Part shown: positions 1 to 10,466 of the stretch, in pieces
How positions within the stretch are numbered: the stretch's first letter is position 1
Layout: each line of letters begins with the position of its first letter
Source of the DNA: Promethearchaeota archaeon
GTDB taxonomy: Archaea > Asgardarchaeota > Heimdallarchaeia > Hodarchaeales > Hodarchaeaceae
Direction of reading: 5' to 3'
DNA: 64,000 bases
NCBI GenBank assembly: GCA_048938105.1
Contig: JBHLMN010000003.1
Coordinates: 320,001-384,000 of the forward strand
Position numbers and translations under genes: made by a program
The notes under the pieces: generated by a model
What the model saw: the letters and a program-made list of their open reading frames with translations, nothing else
Databases searched by the model: none
What the model was told of the DNA's origin: nothing

Positions 1-294
1 CTCCAGATCTTTGTATTTTGTATGAATAATTACTCAATCTCCTGAATTATTATACATCATAGAAACTTTAACTTAGCGTTTTAATTTTTCTATGTTGAGC
101 TTCTCTTCAAGTAAATCTAAAAAACTGTACTGAGCAATCTGTGCAAATTGAAACAAGAATGAATACCTAGTCTTAAACAGATGGTATTACATTAAATTGA
201 TAACATACTTTTCAATCTTTATTAGAATGAATCCACATTCAAGCTGTTTTTACAACCTTATCAATTCGAACAGTATTCATGGTGTTCATATTAA

Positions 295-2769
295 ATGAAA
301 CAAATAGATTTATCTGGGATTTGGAATTGCACTCAAAAAAGCACTAAAAAAACTATTCCAATCAAGATTCCTGGAGATAACCATAAGGCTCTATTAGATG
401 CGGGAATAATTCTCCATCCATATGAAGGACTGAATGAGCTTGATATACAATGGGTGGGTAAAGAAGATTGGATTTTCTCGCGATCATTCACCGTTGCCAA
501 ATATATTTTATCGGAAAAGGAAATCTTCTTACATATTGACAGTTTAGACACAATTGCAGATATAAAAATCAATAATAATCCTATTAAAAGTTCTGATAAC
601 ATGTTTATTAGAACTAGATGTGATATAACTGATTCTCTTGTCGAAGGGAAAAATGAAATAACGATATTCTTTACCTCTGCAGAGAAAATCGCTGAGGAGC
701 GTTCTAAAAATCTCCCTTACGAAATTCCTCATACATTGAGTCCTGTTTACTCAGAACATAGAAATCTAGTAAGAAAGGTTCAATGTCATTCTGGATGGGA
801 TTGGGGCCCTTGTATGATGGTTACTGGAATTTATGGCGATGTTTACATTGGTACTCACAGTAAAGGACGTATAGATTATGTGTACACCAGAATTACGAAA
901 TTGAAAGAGAAGGAAAATATATGGCAAATATCTGTAACTGTTGAATTGCACTCTCCTATAGAATCTGAATCAGAAATTATTAGAATAGATATGAATGAGC
1001 TAGATATATCTGAATCTACTATAGTGACATTAAAAAAGGGAAAGAATGAAATAACCCTGAATTTACTCATTTCAAATCCAAAGCTATGGTGGCCTTTTGG
1101 ATATGGAGAACAGCATCTTTATAATTTAACTGTAACCACTCCTGATGATACATTATCAAAACGAATAGGTTTCCGTCAACTTGAAGTAATCACAGAAGAT
1201 GATAATATTGGCAGAAGTATGGTTTTTCGTGTAAATCAAAGAGAGATTTTTTGCAAGGGAGCGAATTGGATACCAATAGATGCTATGCCTTCTCTCCAAA
1301 GCCCTGATCGATATGAAAAATTATTATCTGATGTCATTGAAGCAAATATGAACATGATTCGAGTATGGGGTGGAGGTCAATATGAATCAGAAATCTTTTA
1401 CAACCTTTGTGATGAAAAAGGGATACTTATTTGGCAAGATTTCATGTTTTCCTGTAGTCTTTACCCTTCTGACCCTGAATTCCTCACTAATGTTGAAAAA
1501 GAAGTCACTCACCAAGTTAAACGCCTAAAAGATCATCCATGTATTGCAATCTGGTGTGGTGACAATGAAAACGTTGGTGCTCTCAACTGGTTTGCTGTTT
1601 CCATGCTAAATAGAGAACGATATCTTAATGATTATATTAAACTCAATAAAACAATTGAGAAAGTTGTTAAAAAGTTAGATCCAGACCGAAAATGGTGGCC
1701 AAGCTCACCTTGTGCGGGGGAAGATGATTACTCTGACAATTGGCATGATGATTCCAAAGGTGACATGCATTATTGGAGTGTATGGCATGAAGGAAAACCT
1801 TTTGAAGCCTATTATGAGGTGACACCTCGATTTTGTTCGGAATTTGGATTTCAATCCTTTCCTTCTCTTGAGACGGTAAAATCTTATGCTCCAGAAGATC
1901 AGTGGGATGTCACTTCTGGAGTAATGGAACATCATCAAAGGAGTATCAATGGGAATGAAATCATAACAAAAACTCTCGCACAGTATTTCAAAAAGCCCAC
2001 TAATTTTGAAGAATGGCTATATTTAAGTCAAGTCGGCCAAGCTTATGCAATAAAAACAGCTGTGGAGTACTGGAGAAGTAAACGCCCTATCTGTATGGGT
2101 ATTCTCTATTGGCAACTCAATGATCTATGGCCTGTCGCATCTTGGTCTTCAATTGAATATAATGGAAAATGGAAGCTTCTTCACTATGCTGCAAAGAAAT
2201 TCTACCAACCAATCCATGTAGCAGCATATAGTAAGGATGGTTATTCAACATTAGAAATTTGGGGTATGAATGATACTAATAAATCTTATGAGATTTTACT
2301 AGATATGAATTTCATTGATTTTTCAGGCAATATTTCACAAAAAGAACAACTTTCAATAAAACTAAATTCTGAAACTGCTAAGCAGATCAGGATACTTAAC
2401 CTAAAGAATGATCTCCCATTCAGTAGGGAAAAAGGATTTTTATATCTTAAAGCTAAAACTCCTTCTGTATTTCTTGAAAACACATTCTTTTTTATCCAAC
2501 CGAAATACTGTGAGCTTAAGCCTGCAAACATCACTTTTGAGATTGACACTAATCAATCATCCATTTTTTTGATTAAATTAGCAACTGACAAACCAGCATT
2601 CTTTGTCACCTTAGATTTTTTTGAAATAAAAGGAAAATTTAGTGACAATTGCTTCACAATAATTCCAGGTCAAAGAAAAACAGTAATCTTTTATCCTGAA
2701 CCTGAATGTATAATAAAGCCAAAAGAAGTACAAAAAGCCCTAAAGATTTTTCATTTGAAGCCAGACTAA
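295..2769 (+). CDS. GH2 beta-mannosidase
   Basis: 824 aa; RKxQCHSGWDWGP, KGANWIP, NMIRVWGGG, WQDFMF, WCGDNEN (acid/base), RFCSEFGFQS (nucleophile) and WQLNDLWP motifs typical of GH2 beta-mannosidases; no signal peptide. Confidence 0.9.
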   Translation: MKQIDLSGIWNCTQKSTKKTIPIKIPGDNHKALLDAGIILHPYEGLNELDIQWVGKEDWIFSRSFTVAKYILSEKEIFLHIDSLDTIADIKINNNPIKSSDNMFIRTRCDITDSLVEGKNEITIFFTSAEKIAEERSKNLPYEIPHTLSPVYSEHRNLVRKVQCHSGWDWGPCMMVTGIYGDVYIGTHSKGRIDYVYTRITKLKEKENIWQISVTVELHSPIESESEIIRIDMNELDISESTIVTLKKGKNEITLNLLISNPKLWWPFGYGEQHLYNLTVTTPDDTLSKRIGFRQLEVITEDDNIGRSMVFRVNQREIFCKGANWIPIDAMPSLQSPDRYEKLLSDVIEANMNMIRVWGGGQYESEIFYNLCDEKGILIWQDFMFSCSLYPSDPEFLTNVEKEVTHQVKRLKDHPCIAIWCGDNENVGALNWFAVSMLNRERYLNDYIKLNKTIEKVVKKLDPDRKWWPSSPCAGEDDYSDNWHDDSKGDMHYWSVWHEGKPFEAYYEVTPRFCSEFGFQSFPSLETVKSYAPEDQWDVTSGVMEHHQRSINGNEIITKTLAQYFKKPTNFEEWLYLSQVGQAYAIKTAVEYWRSKRPICMGILYWQLNDLWPVASWSSIEYNGKWKLLHYAAKKFYQPIHVAAYSKDGYSTLEIWGMNDTNKSYEILLDMNFIDFSGNISQKEQLSIKLNSETAKQIRILNLKNDLPFSREKGFLYLKAKTPSVFLENTFFFIQPKYCELKPANITFEIDTNQSSIFLIKLATDKPAFFVTLDFFEIKGKFSDNCFTIIPGQRKTVIFYPEPECIIKPKEVQKALKIFHLKPD

Positions 2770-2817
2770 ATTCAGCTCTCAGCATACCAATAGATCTATT
2801 CTTTTTTCCAATTTTAG

Positions 2818-3801
2818 TTATATAGTATTGACTCGAATAAATTCGATAAGCTCATCTATGTGAGAATAAGCAACACAAATTACTGTGTCAGCTGCCCCAT
2901 AATAGATAGCAACACGCCCAGTAGAAGCATCAGTTAATGCTGCACAAGGAAAAACAACATTTGGTACATCTCCCACGCATTCGTAAAGCCTTTGGGGGGA
3001 AAGAAAATATGGCCCAGTCCGATATTTTACCTTCCATGGTTGGTTAATATCAAGTATAGCGGCTCCTGCACTATAAACAAAACCGTTACATGATGTTAAT
3101 ACACCATGATAAATCATAAGCCACCCCTCAGAAGTTTCAATGGGAGTAGGACCAGCCCCAATTTTTGTCGATTGCCAACCAAGATTTGGTGACATTACAT
3201 GACGATGATGACCCCAATGAATCATATCAGGGCTTTCACTGTAGAAAATATCACCCCAAGGGGTATGTCCTCTATCACTGGGTCGACTCAACATTGTATA
3301 TCTATCATTAATTTTCCTAGGAAATAAGACACCATTTCGATTATAAGGTAAAAAAGCGTTTTCTAATTGATAAAATTCTTCAAAATCATAAGTAAATGCC
3401 ACACCAATGGTCGGACCATAATACCAATTGCACCAAGTCACATAAAATCGATCCTCTATCCAGCAAACTCGTGGATCATATCCGTAAACAAAAGTAGCTA
3501 TATCAGAATTTTCGGAAATAAAGGAGATTGGTTCATTATCGATTTCCCAGCCGATACCATCCTTACTCCTTCCTTTGTGAAGCCGCATATTCCGATACTT
3601 ATCATCACACCTAAAAATCCCTGCAAACTCACCTTGAAATGGAACAACAGCACTATTGAAAATACTGTTAGAAGAAGGTATTAAATCCCGTGGAATTATA
3701 GGATTTTGTTTTGAACGCCAAACCACATCTTTACAATCTTCTGGCTTATCTTCCCAAGGGATATTTGGTAGAGGTTCACCTATAATCTTAATATTTTCCA
3801 T
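2818..3801 (-). CDS. GH130 beta-mannoside phosphorylase (beta-1,4-mannooligosaccharide / mannosyl-GlcNAc phosphorylase-like)
   Basis: 327 aa; [46 protein letters not shown] and YYGAADT motifs of GH130. Confidence 0.9.
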   Translation of the reverse strand: MENIKIIGEPLPNIPWEDKPEDCKDVVWRSKQNPIIPRDLIPSSNSIFNSAVVPFQGEFAGIFRCDDKYRNMRLHKGRSKDGIGWEIDNEPISFISENSDIATFVYGYDPRVCWIEDRFYVTWCNWYYGPTIGVAFTYDFEEFYQLENAFLPYNRNGVLFPRKINDRYTMLSRPSDRGHTPWGDIFYSESPDMIHWGHHRHVMSPNLGWQSTKIGAGPTPIETSEGWLMIYHGVLTSCNGFVYSAGAAILDINQPWKVKYRTGPYFLSPQRLYECVGDVPNVVFPCAALTDASTGRVAIYYGAADTVICVAYSHIDELIEFIRVNTI

Positions 3802-3881
3802 CTTTACTTACACCAATCATTCAGTCATGAATTTTCTATTATTGAATAAATTATTGAGCTATATAGAAAGTTTCACCAAAC

Positions 3882-4871
3882 TTAGCTAGTTTTTATTCGA
3901 GGATCAATAAATCCATATGTAATATCGATTAAAAAATTACCAAGGATAGCAATAATTAAAATAACAATGGTTACACCCATAATAAGGGGATAGTCACGTG
4001 CATAAATAGCCTTAAGATAGAGGTTACCGATTCCTGGCCATAAAAAGACATATTCTACTATCAATGTCTCCCCAATGAGTTCGTTTAGTCTTAAGTTCAA
4101 CAGTGTAAATTGAGGTAAAATTGCATTTCTTTGTGCGTATTTTCTCAGTGTCTTTTTCCTGAATCCCAAATGTCCGGCATAACTTATGTAAGATGAATCT
4201 ATTTCATGAAGAGTCATGGCTCGCATACCTACTGCCCAACTTCCTGCATGCACAAGTAGCAATGTTATGAATGGCGCCAGGTAATGGCGTAAAAGATCAA
4301 TAAAGTAATCAAGACGAAAACCAGGAATCATTTGAGGACTTGATGCCCCAGGATGACTAAGTAAGATATTGTTTCCAACAACAAAATAAACAAAGATGAT
4401 TAATCCCAACCAATAAAACGGTGCGGATCGAAGAATAAGCAATATAAAATATGTCATTTCGTTGGCTCTGCCTTTCAAGTATGCTGATTTGCTCCCAATC
4501 CAATTACCCAAGAAAAAACTAATGAATAATATTGGGATCGCAAGAACAAGAGAATAGAAGAGAGGATGAATTATTACTTCTGAAACTCTCATAGGATAAT
4601 AGGAAATGGATGGTCCTAAATCCAGTTGAATTAAGTTCAACCAAAAAGATAGGTATTGTTCTTCTATTGGCTTATATAGCTCAAAAAAGTAAATCATGTA
4701 AAAATCATTTGTGTCAACCATCAGCCTCGGGATAATAAAAGCGATAGTAAGGGCAATGAATAGTGCTATCAAGTAAAATACAGCTTTCTTTATAAAGAAT
4801 TTTACATAAGCATGACTGAAACTTTTTGTTCCCTTCAAATCTCCGTTAACCATCCTTCTTATAACTATCAT
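3882..4871 (-). CDS. Orphan DppB/OppB-type ABC transporter permease (paralog of 24152..25288)
   Basis: 329 aa, multi-TM; DLGPSI, EAA-loop region, RNAILPQ, WPGIG, DYPLIMG, DITYGFIDPRI. Confidence 0.85.
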   Translation of the reverse strand: MIVIRRMVNGDLKGTKSFSHAYVKFFIKKAVFYLIALFIALTIAFIIPRLMVDTNDFYMIYFFELYKPIEEQYLSFWLNLIQLDLGPSISYYPMRVSEVIIHPLFYSLVLAIPILFISFFLGNWIGSKSAYLKGRANEMTYFILLILRSAPFYWLGLIIFVYFVVGNNILLSHPGASSPQMIPGFRLDYFIDLLRHYLAPFITLLLVHAGSWAVGMRAMTLHEIDSSYISYAGHLGFRKKTLRKYAQRNAILPQFTLLNLRLNELIGETLIVEYVFLWPGIGNLYLKAIYARDYPLIMGVTIVILIIAILGNFLIDITYGFIDPRIKTS

Positions 4872-5093
4872 TCTATATTTAATATTGATAGAAGCGAATA
4901 TATTCTACGAACTTTCTTCAAAATAGATTATTTCTAAAATCTTCTTTAATTCAAATTTCAGGCTCAAAGTCATCCAAATATTTAAAATTACTTTGTAGGA
5001 AGAAGTAATCTATTCTTTTTAAATCATCTTAGTTTTTTCTTTCTGCAAAAAAAGCACTCGAAACTTGAAGATTATGTGGGAAGTATCTAGAAT

Positions 5094-5549
5094 ATGACCA
5101 GCATATTGGAAAATCAAACAATTATTCAAATAGGGATAATTGTGAAAGATATTGAACAAACATCATTGATCTATTCAAAGTTATTTGGAATAGAAAAACC
5201 TCAATGGTTTTGGACAGAACCTTTTGATATAGCGAAGACAGAATATAAAGGAAATCCAACACCAACCAGAGCAAAATTAGCTTTCATAAAGCTAAAAAAC
5301 TTAGAGATAGAACTCATTGAACCAGATGACAACCCTAGTACATGGAAAGAGCATTTAGATACCAGAGGTGAGGGAGTCCATCATATAGCATTCATAATAG
5401 ATGGAATGAATCAGAAGGTTCTCGATCTAAATGAAATTGATATGCCTCTAATTCAGAGAGGAGAGTATACAGGGGGTCGGTATGCCTATATCGATTCTTT
5501 AAAAGGTTTGAAAGTGATGATTGAGCTACTTGAGCATGATAATGGTTAA
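5094..5549 (+). CDS. VOC/glyoxalase family protein (methylmalonyl-CoA epimerase-like)
   Basis: 151 aa; QIGIIVKD, IELIEP, GEGVHHIAF and terminal IELLE motifs. Confidence 0.85.
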   Translation: MTSILENQTIIQIGIIVKDIEQTSLIYSKLFGIEKPQWFWTEPFDIAKTEYKGNPTPTRAKLAFIKLKNLEIELIEPDDNPSTWKEHLDTRGEGVHHIAFIIDGMNQKVLDLNEIDMPLIQRGEYTGGRYAYIDSLKGLKVMIELLEHDNG

Positions 5550-5674
5550 TTAAAAGTGTGTAAAATCCTATTAAAACTTTAGACAATCTTTAACTTCAAT
5601 CTTCACAAATTACTGTAAGTTCAAGTATATTGTTTTCGTATAATTAGATTATTATAAATATAAATTCTTCTTTC

Positions 5675-6319
5675 TCATGATTTCCAGTTAATAACATTGA
5701 TGATCATCTTTTGGAAGACTTTTTTAGCAATTTGTTCTTCCCCATGTCCTAACGCCGTATAAAAAACAGTTCCTAACCCGTATGATTTCGTCCATGCAAT
5801 AGGACGGAGAAATCCCTGATAATCACATACCACAAGAATTTCGAGAGGAGGATACATTTCCATCAAATATAATTCATCAATGAGTGTGAAATCTGATACC
5901 CCCTGCATAATGGGGTGATCAGGGTTAACTACTTGAAAACGATACTCTTCTCCTAAAGGAGGATGAGTCAAGAATCTAGCCCCAAGCATTCGTAAATAAG
6001 CTTTAGAATTTTGAAAGGAACAAGAAGCACCATGGACGCCAATGAATGTTTTAGGTCCTCCAGTTTCTCCCCAGGGTGAGCCAATTATGGCATTTAAAAG
6101 ACCATTTTCTTGTTCTGATGTTAATTCTCTTCCTGTCGTGTAACAGACAATAACTTGAAACTTCTTGATATTTTGAGGTAAGAAAAAGTCTAGATCTTCC
6201 GTTAATGTCACCTTAAAGCCAACTTCTTCTAAAAAATCTTTGAAAATTGGTCCCATTACCGAGAAATCGTGAAATTCTGTTTCTAAGCCTCCAATAACTA
6301 AAATATTAACATCATTCAC
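5675..6319 (-). CDS. ThuA-like domain protein (class I glutamine amidotransferase-like fold)
   Basis: 214 aa; FIGVHGA, FLTHPP, HPIMQG, DELY, WTKSYGxGTVFYTALGH. Confidence 0.8.
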   Translation of the reverse strand: MNDVNILVIGGLETEFHDFSVMGPIFKDFLEEVGFKVTLTEDLDFFLPQNIKKFQVIVCYTTGRELTSEQENGLLNAIIGSPWGETGGPKTFIGVHGASCSFQNSKAYLRMLGARFLTHPPLGEEYRFQVVNPDHPIMQGVSDFTLIDELYLMEMYPPLEILVVCDYQGFLRPIAWTKSYGLGTVFYTALGHGEEQIAKKVFQKMIINVINWKS

Positions 6320-6385
6320 TGTTCTCCTCTCATAATACTTAGTACGGACAATAATCAGTATTTTTATGGATTATTTCTAGGAAAT

Positions 6386-7129
6386 CTATTCAAGATATTT
6401 TTGCAGCCATTTTATACTTTCAGCAATGAATTCCTCTAATTGCTCATTATGGAATAAGTGGTCTGCATTTTTTACTAAATGGAGTTTATGATTAACTGTT
6501 GAAGGTATTTGACCTACTGCTTTTACAGATAGTTCTGCCTTAACTGCACTATCAATTTCTCCATGAATAATCAATGAAGGTATGTTTAATTTTTGAAGAT
6601 TTTCATTAGTAGTGATTTCTTTTAATTCATGAATGAAATCTTCCTCAATATATATTTCTGGGGGAGTAGCAGAAGGTAATTTAAAGGGAAAATGACTGTA
6701 ATGTGACTTATTCGTGATTTGCTCCAAGTAGAATGCAGGAGCCCAAAAGATAGCAGTTCGTACAGGAATATTTGCTATAAGAGCTGTTAATCCTCCAAAA
6801 CTTAATCCGATAGTGGCAAATTTAGTGTAATTTAACCTTTCTGCCCAATGAAAAATATCTTCCAAATCACTGACCTGTTTCGATAATAAAACTGGCTCTC
6901 TCTTATTTTCCCCTGAACCTGAAAAATCAAAGATTATGGCATCATATCCTATTTTATTCAATTTTTTTGCTGTTTTTGGGAATCGTCCCCACTCATACTT
7001 GTCTCCTGTAAAACCATGACACAAAATTACTAATGGAGGTTTTTCTGTTGTTTTGACTGATGTTTCATATAGAATCGAAATTAATTCCCCTCCTTTTCTT
7101 TTTGGAATCTTTATTTTCTTTTCTGGAAT
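6386..7129 (-). CDS. Alpha/beta hydrolase (esterase-like); start extended upstream of the ORF-track start (7024)
   Basis: LCHGFTG, FDFSGSGE, GLSFGG nucleophile elbow, IHGEID, ADH. The frame stays open 5' to an ATT at 7129, preceded by GGTGAG and an in-frame TAG. Confidence 0.8.
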   Translation of the reverse strand: MPEKKIKIPKRKGGELISILYETSVKTTEKPPLVILCHGFTGDKYEWGRFPKTAKKLNKIGYDAIIFDFSGSGENKREPVLLSKQVSDLEDIFHWAERLNYTKFATIGLSFGGLTALIANIPVRTAIFWAPAFYLEQITNKSHYSHFPFKLPSATPPEIYIEEDFIHELKEITTNENLQKLNIPSLIIHGEIDSAVKAELSVKAVGQIPSTVNHKLHLVKNADHLFHNEQLEEFIAESIKWLQKYLE

Positions 7130-7395
7130 TGTGATCTCACCCTATTCATTAAGTTTCGTCTCTATTGAAAATCTTTGCTTTAATTACTGACAAAAAGGAT
7201 CAATAGTTCCTACTGAAGTATGATAAAACGCAATTTATGGATACATATTTATATATCATTTTTAGTTTGTTTATTTTCTGGATAGAATAAGTATTATTGA
7301 TCAACTCTCCTCTCCTCAGGAATCTAAGGTTTTACGAATGAATCTTGATTTTAATTAACCATTTCGCTAAAAATAGCATTAAATTAGTATAAAGT

Positions 7396-10300
7396 ATGAA
7401 GAATTGTGGGTTAAAAATGGATATTATAATAAGGTTGATGAATAATCAAACCTTTTTACTTTCAAAATTTGATTTTTTAGAATTTAATGAAGAAACGAAA
7501 AAAGAAATAGATTTAAGAAAACTAGCAATAAAAATCTTCAATATAGTCAACATCTTTGGTCCCAAAGCCATTGTCCTTGAATGCGAGGACAAAGCTTTAC
7601 AATCTTATCTCATAGATTCTTTGAGTTCCTGTCTTCAAGAGGAATTTACATTTGAAAAGTTAGGTGGAGGAGTTCAAATTTTAACCTCCCTTCCTTTTTA
7701 CAGTGAGGAGCCAATTTCTTTAACATCAAAAATAAAAAAGCTTGGCCAATTTGAAAATCAAATAGGGTTAGGTGTTGAAGTTGGGGGAAAAACAATTAAT
7801 GGAGTATGCATCGATGGTAATGGAAACATCATAAGACGATCAAAAAGAAACATAAGAAAAAGTAAAGGCTATAGATCTGTAATCAATCTCATTATTGATT
7901 TAATAAAAGAATTACTCGAGTCCTTAAATCCTGATAAAATTAAAAGTGTTGGAATCGGTATCCCTGGCGGAATTGGCCCCATTCTTGTCCGAAGAATGAT
8001 AATAATGGGAGATTTCCATGATATCAACCTCAGGGCTGAAATAGAAAATGCTATTGGTCATCCTACCTTTATTGAAAATGATGCTAACGTCATTGCTCTA
8101 GGAGAGAAAGAAATTTCAAGGATTGAAGGAGATTTCTTCACCCTTACACTCGGTGAGAGCGTTGGAGGAGGTATTATCATAAATGATCGTATAATTCATG
8201 GCGAAAACTACTTTGCCGGTGAATTAGGACATATAATTATTGATTACTCCCCAGATGCATCTGTTTGTGGTTGCGGGAATAAGGGCTGTTTTGAAGCGAA
8301 GATGGCAAAAATTACTGCTTTTACAAAAGAGAACTTGGATGAGATGGCAAAAGACGTAGCTAAAGCTATTAAGGTCATCGTTAATCTAACAAATATTAAC
8401 CAAGTGCTTATTGGGAGTAGTATTACGAAATTTGGATATAATTTTTATGAAGCCATACGAGATAATTTAAAAACTCGTTTTATTCCAAAAATAACCCCTG
8501 TTCAGGTTTATGAATCCTCATTAGAGAAATTTCCTGAAACTGAGCGCAAATTTGTAGGTGCAATCGGTGCAGCTATTATGGGGATGCAAAAAGTAGGAGA
8601 AATATCAGAAAAAGTTGTTGTAGTTGTCAAAGATAGCGATAATGAAATGGGAATAGCAGCAGCTCAAATAATAGCAGAACAAATACGAAGAAAACCGAAT
8701 ATGGTGTTGGGATTAGCAACTGGAAGTACTCCTATCAGTATGTACAAAGAATTAGTACGGATGCATAAAGAAGAAAACTTAGACTTCTCACAGGTTTCAA
8801 CTTTCAATCTTGATGAATATTATCCGATAAAAAAGGAAGATAGTCAAAGCTATTACACTTTCATGAATTATTGGCTATTTGACCATGTAAATATCAATCC
8901 TCAGAATATTCATGTCCCTAATGGGGATATTCCTAAAGACGATCTTGAATCATACTGTGAGCATTTTGAACAGTTGATATCTAAGGCTGGAGGCATCGAC
9001 ATTCAGATTTTAGGCATTGGGGAAAGTTTTTTTACTGATAAGAGAGAAATTCAAGGAGGCCATATCGGATTTAACGAAGCTGGTTCAGATTTTTCTTCAC
9101 GTACGAGAAAAATAGTATTAGCAGAGAAAACCCGAGTAGATAATGCGCGATTTTTTCAAAGAATCGAGGAAGTCCCTCGCTATGCGATTACTATGGGGAT
9201 AGGGACAATCTTGGAAGCTAAGAGAATAATTATGCTAGCTTCAGGAGAGCATAAAGCTCTCATAATTAAAGAAGCTGTTGAAGGAAGAATTACCCCCTCT
9301 ATACCAGCCTCTGCATTACAAGCCCACGCTAATACTACTTTCCTAATCGAAAAAGGCGCAGCATCCAATTTAAGTCGAATGTCCATCCCATGGTTATTCT
9401 TTGATATGGATTGGACGAATGAAAGCACTAAAACAAAAACTGATGAAATTAAGATTGATGAGGCGTTGATTTGGCTTTCATTAACCACCAAAAGACCATT
9501 GACTCAACTCGATTTACAAGATTTTCATAACAATTTTCTTTCAGATCTCCTTCAGCTTTACAATTACAATGTTCCTAGTTTAACCACCGAGGTAATAGAC
9601 AGGATTACCAATAAAATTGTCTATAAAGAAAAGCTTCCGAGACGTAAAAAGATACTAATCATCTCTTGTAGGCCTGGTGACGATGGTGTTATTGCTGACA
9701 TTGTTAGAGCTTTAATTAGTAATCATAATAAAGTAAAAATTGTAAATATGGTTAGTGGTAACATTAATGTGAAGAATTCTGATGTAATCGATTATTGTGA
9801 ACAGAACATTTTTGAGAAATCAATTAAGGAACGTATCTTAAATAATACCATTGATATGATTGATTTATTGCAGCTAAAGACTCTTGTTAGGAAATCTGAG
9901 TCAATAGATATGCATGCATATATGGGGATCTCATCTGAAAATCAAATTTTCTTGAATTTGCCATTCTATGAAACTAGAACAATCGAAAAAATCATTGAAA
10001 TCTCTGACGATGATATTATACCATTAATTTCCGTTTTAGACAAAGAACAACCAGATATAATTCTTATTCTAGGAGGAATAACTGATCCCCATGGACTTAA
10101 AGCAAGAATTGTAGAAATATTCGAATTAGCATTAAATAGATCTAAGATCCAAAAAGTAGATTTATGGTATTATAAGACGACTATGGAGGAGTTTTCGGTT
10201 GCTAAGGGAGATTTAATTATTCCTTTTTCTGAAAAAGAAATGGATCTGAAAGCAATAGCAATTCAACGATTAAATAGTCAACAGGTGGTTGATTTCCTTA

Positions 10301-10458
10301 TTATTCCTGGATTTGACCCACGACCGCTTTGGGAACGTATTAAAGAGCGGAATCAAAGAGTTGGACACATCCTTAGAACAATTGGTTTAGTTCCTGATGA
10401 ATATATTTACGCTTCAATTTGTCAGGTTTCTCAATATATCAAAGAGAGCTCTAAGTAA
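7396..10458 (+). CDS. nagB: Fusion of a ROK-family domain, glucosamine-6-phosphate deaminase (NagB) and a PIG-L/LmbE-like deacetylase-fold domain
   Basis: 1020 aa. ROK: ENDAN, GELGH, CGCGNKGCFE. NagB: LGLATGSTP, FNLDEYY, DIQILGIG, GHIGFNE, ITMGIGTIL. C-terminal domain: IISCRPGDD, FLNLPFYET, DPHG. Confidence 0.85.
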   Translation: MKNCGLKMDIIIRLMNNQTFLLSKFDFLEFNEETKKEIDLRKLAIKIFNIVNIFGPKAIVLECEDKALQSYLIDSLSSCLQEEFTFEKLGGGVQILTSLPFYSEEPISLTSKIKKLGQFENQIGLGVEVGGKTINGVCIDGNGNIIRRSKRNIRKSKGYRSVINLIIDLIKELLESLNPDKIKSVGIGIPGGIGPILVRRMIIMGDFHDINLRAEIENAIGHPTFIENDANVIALGEKEISRIEGDFFTLTLGESVGGGIIINDRIIHGENYFAGELGHIIIDYSPDASVCGCGNKGCFEAKMAKITAFTKENLDEMAKDVAKAIKVIVNLTNINQVLIGSSITKFGYNFYEAIRDNLKTRFIPKITPVQVYESSLEKFPETERKFVGAIGAAIMGMQKVGEISEKVVVVVKDSDNEMGIAAAQIIAEQIRRKPNMVLGLATGSTPISMYKELVRMHKEENLDFSQVSTFNLDEYYPIKKEDSQSYYTFMNYWLFDHVNINPQNIHVPNGDIPKDDLESYCEHFEQLISKAGGIDIQILGIGESFFTDKREIQGGHIGFNEAGSDFSSRTRKIVLAEKTRVDNARFFQRIEEVPRYAITMGIGTILEAKRIIMLASGEHKALIIKEAVEGRITPSIPASALQAHANTTFLIEKGAASNLSRMSIPWLFFDMDWTNESTKTKTDEIKIDEALIWLSLTTKRPLTQLDLQDFHNNFLSDLLQLYNYNVPSLTTEVIDRITNKIVYKEKLPRRKKILIISCRPGDDGVIADIVRALISNHNKVKIVNMVSGNINVKNSDVIDYCEQNIFEKSIKERILNNTIDMIDLLQLKTLVRKSESIDMHAYMGISSENQIFLNLPFYETRTIEKIIEISDDDIIPLISVLDKEQPDIILILGGITDPHGLKARIVEIFELALNRSKIQKVDLWYYKTTMEEFSVAKGDLIIPFSEKEMDLKAIAIQRLNSQQVVDFLIIPGFDPRPLWERIKERNQRVGHILRTIGLVPDEYIYASICQVSQYIKESSK

Positions 10459-10466
10459 TAATAAAA

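Noticed and set aside
73-190. Short open frame on the minus strand at the window start
   Set aside because: No start codon after the upstream in-frame stop and no recognisable similarity.
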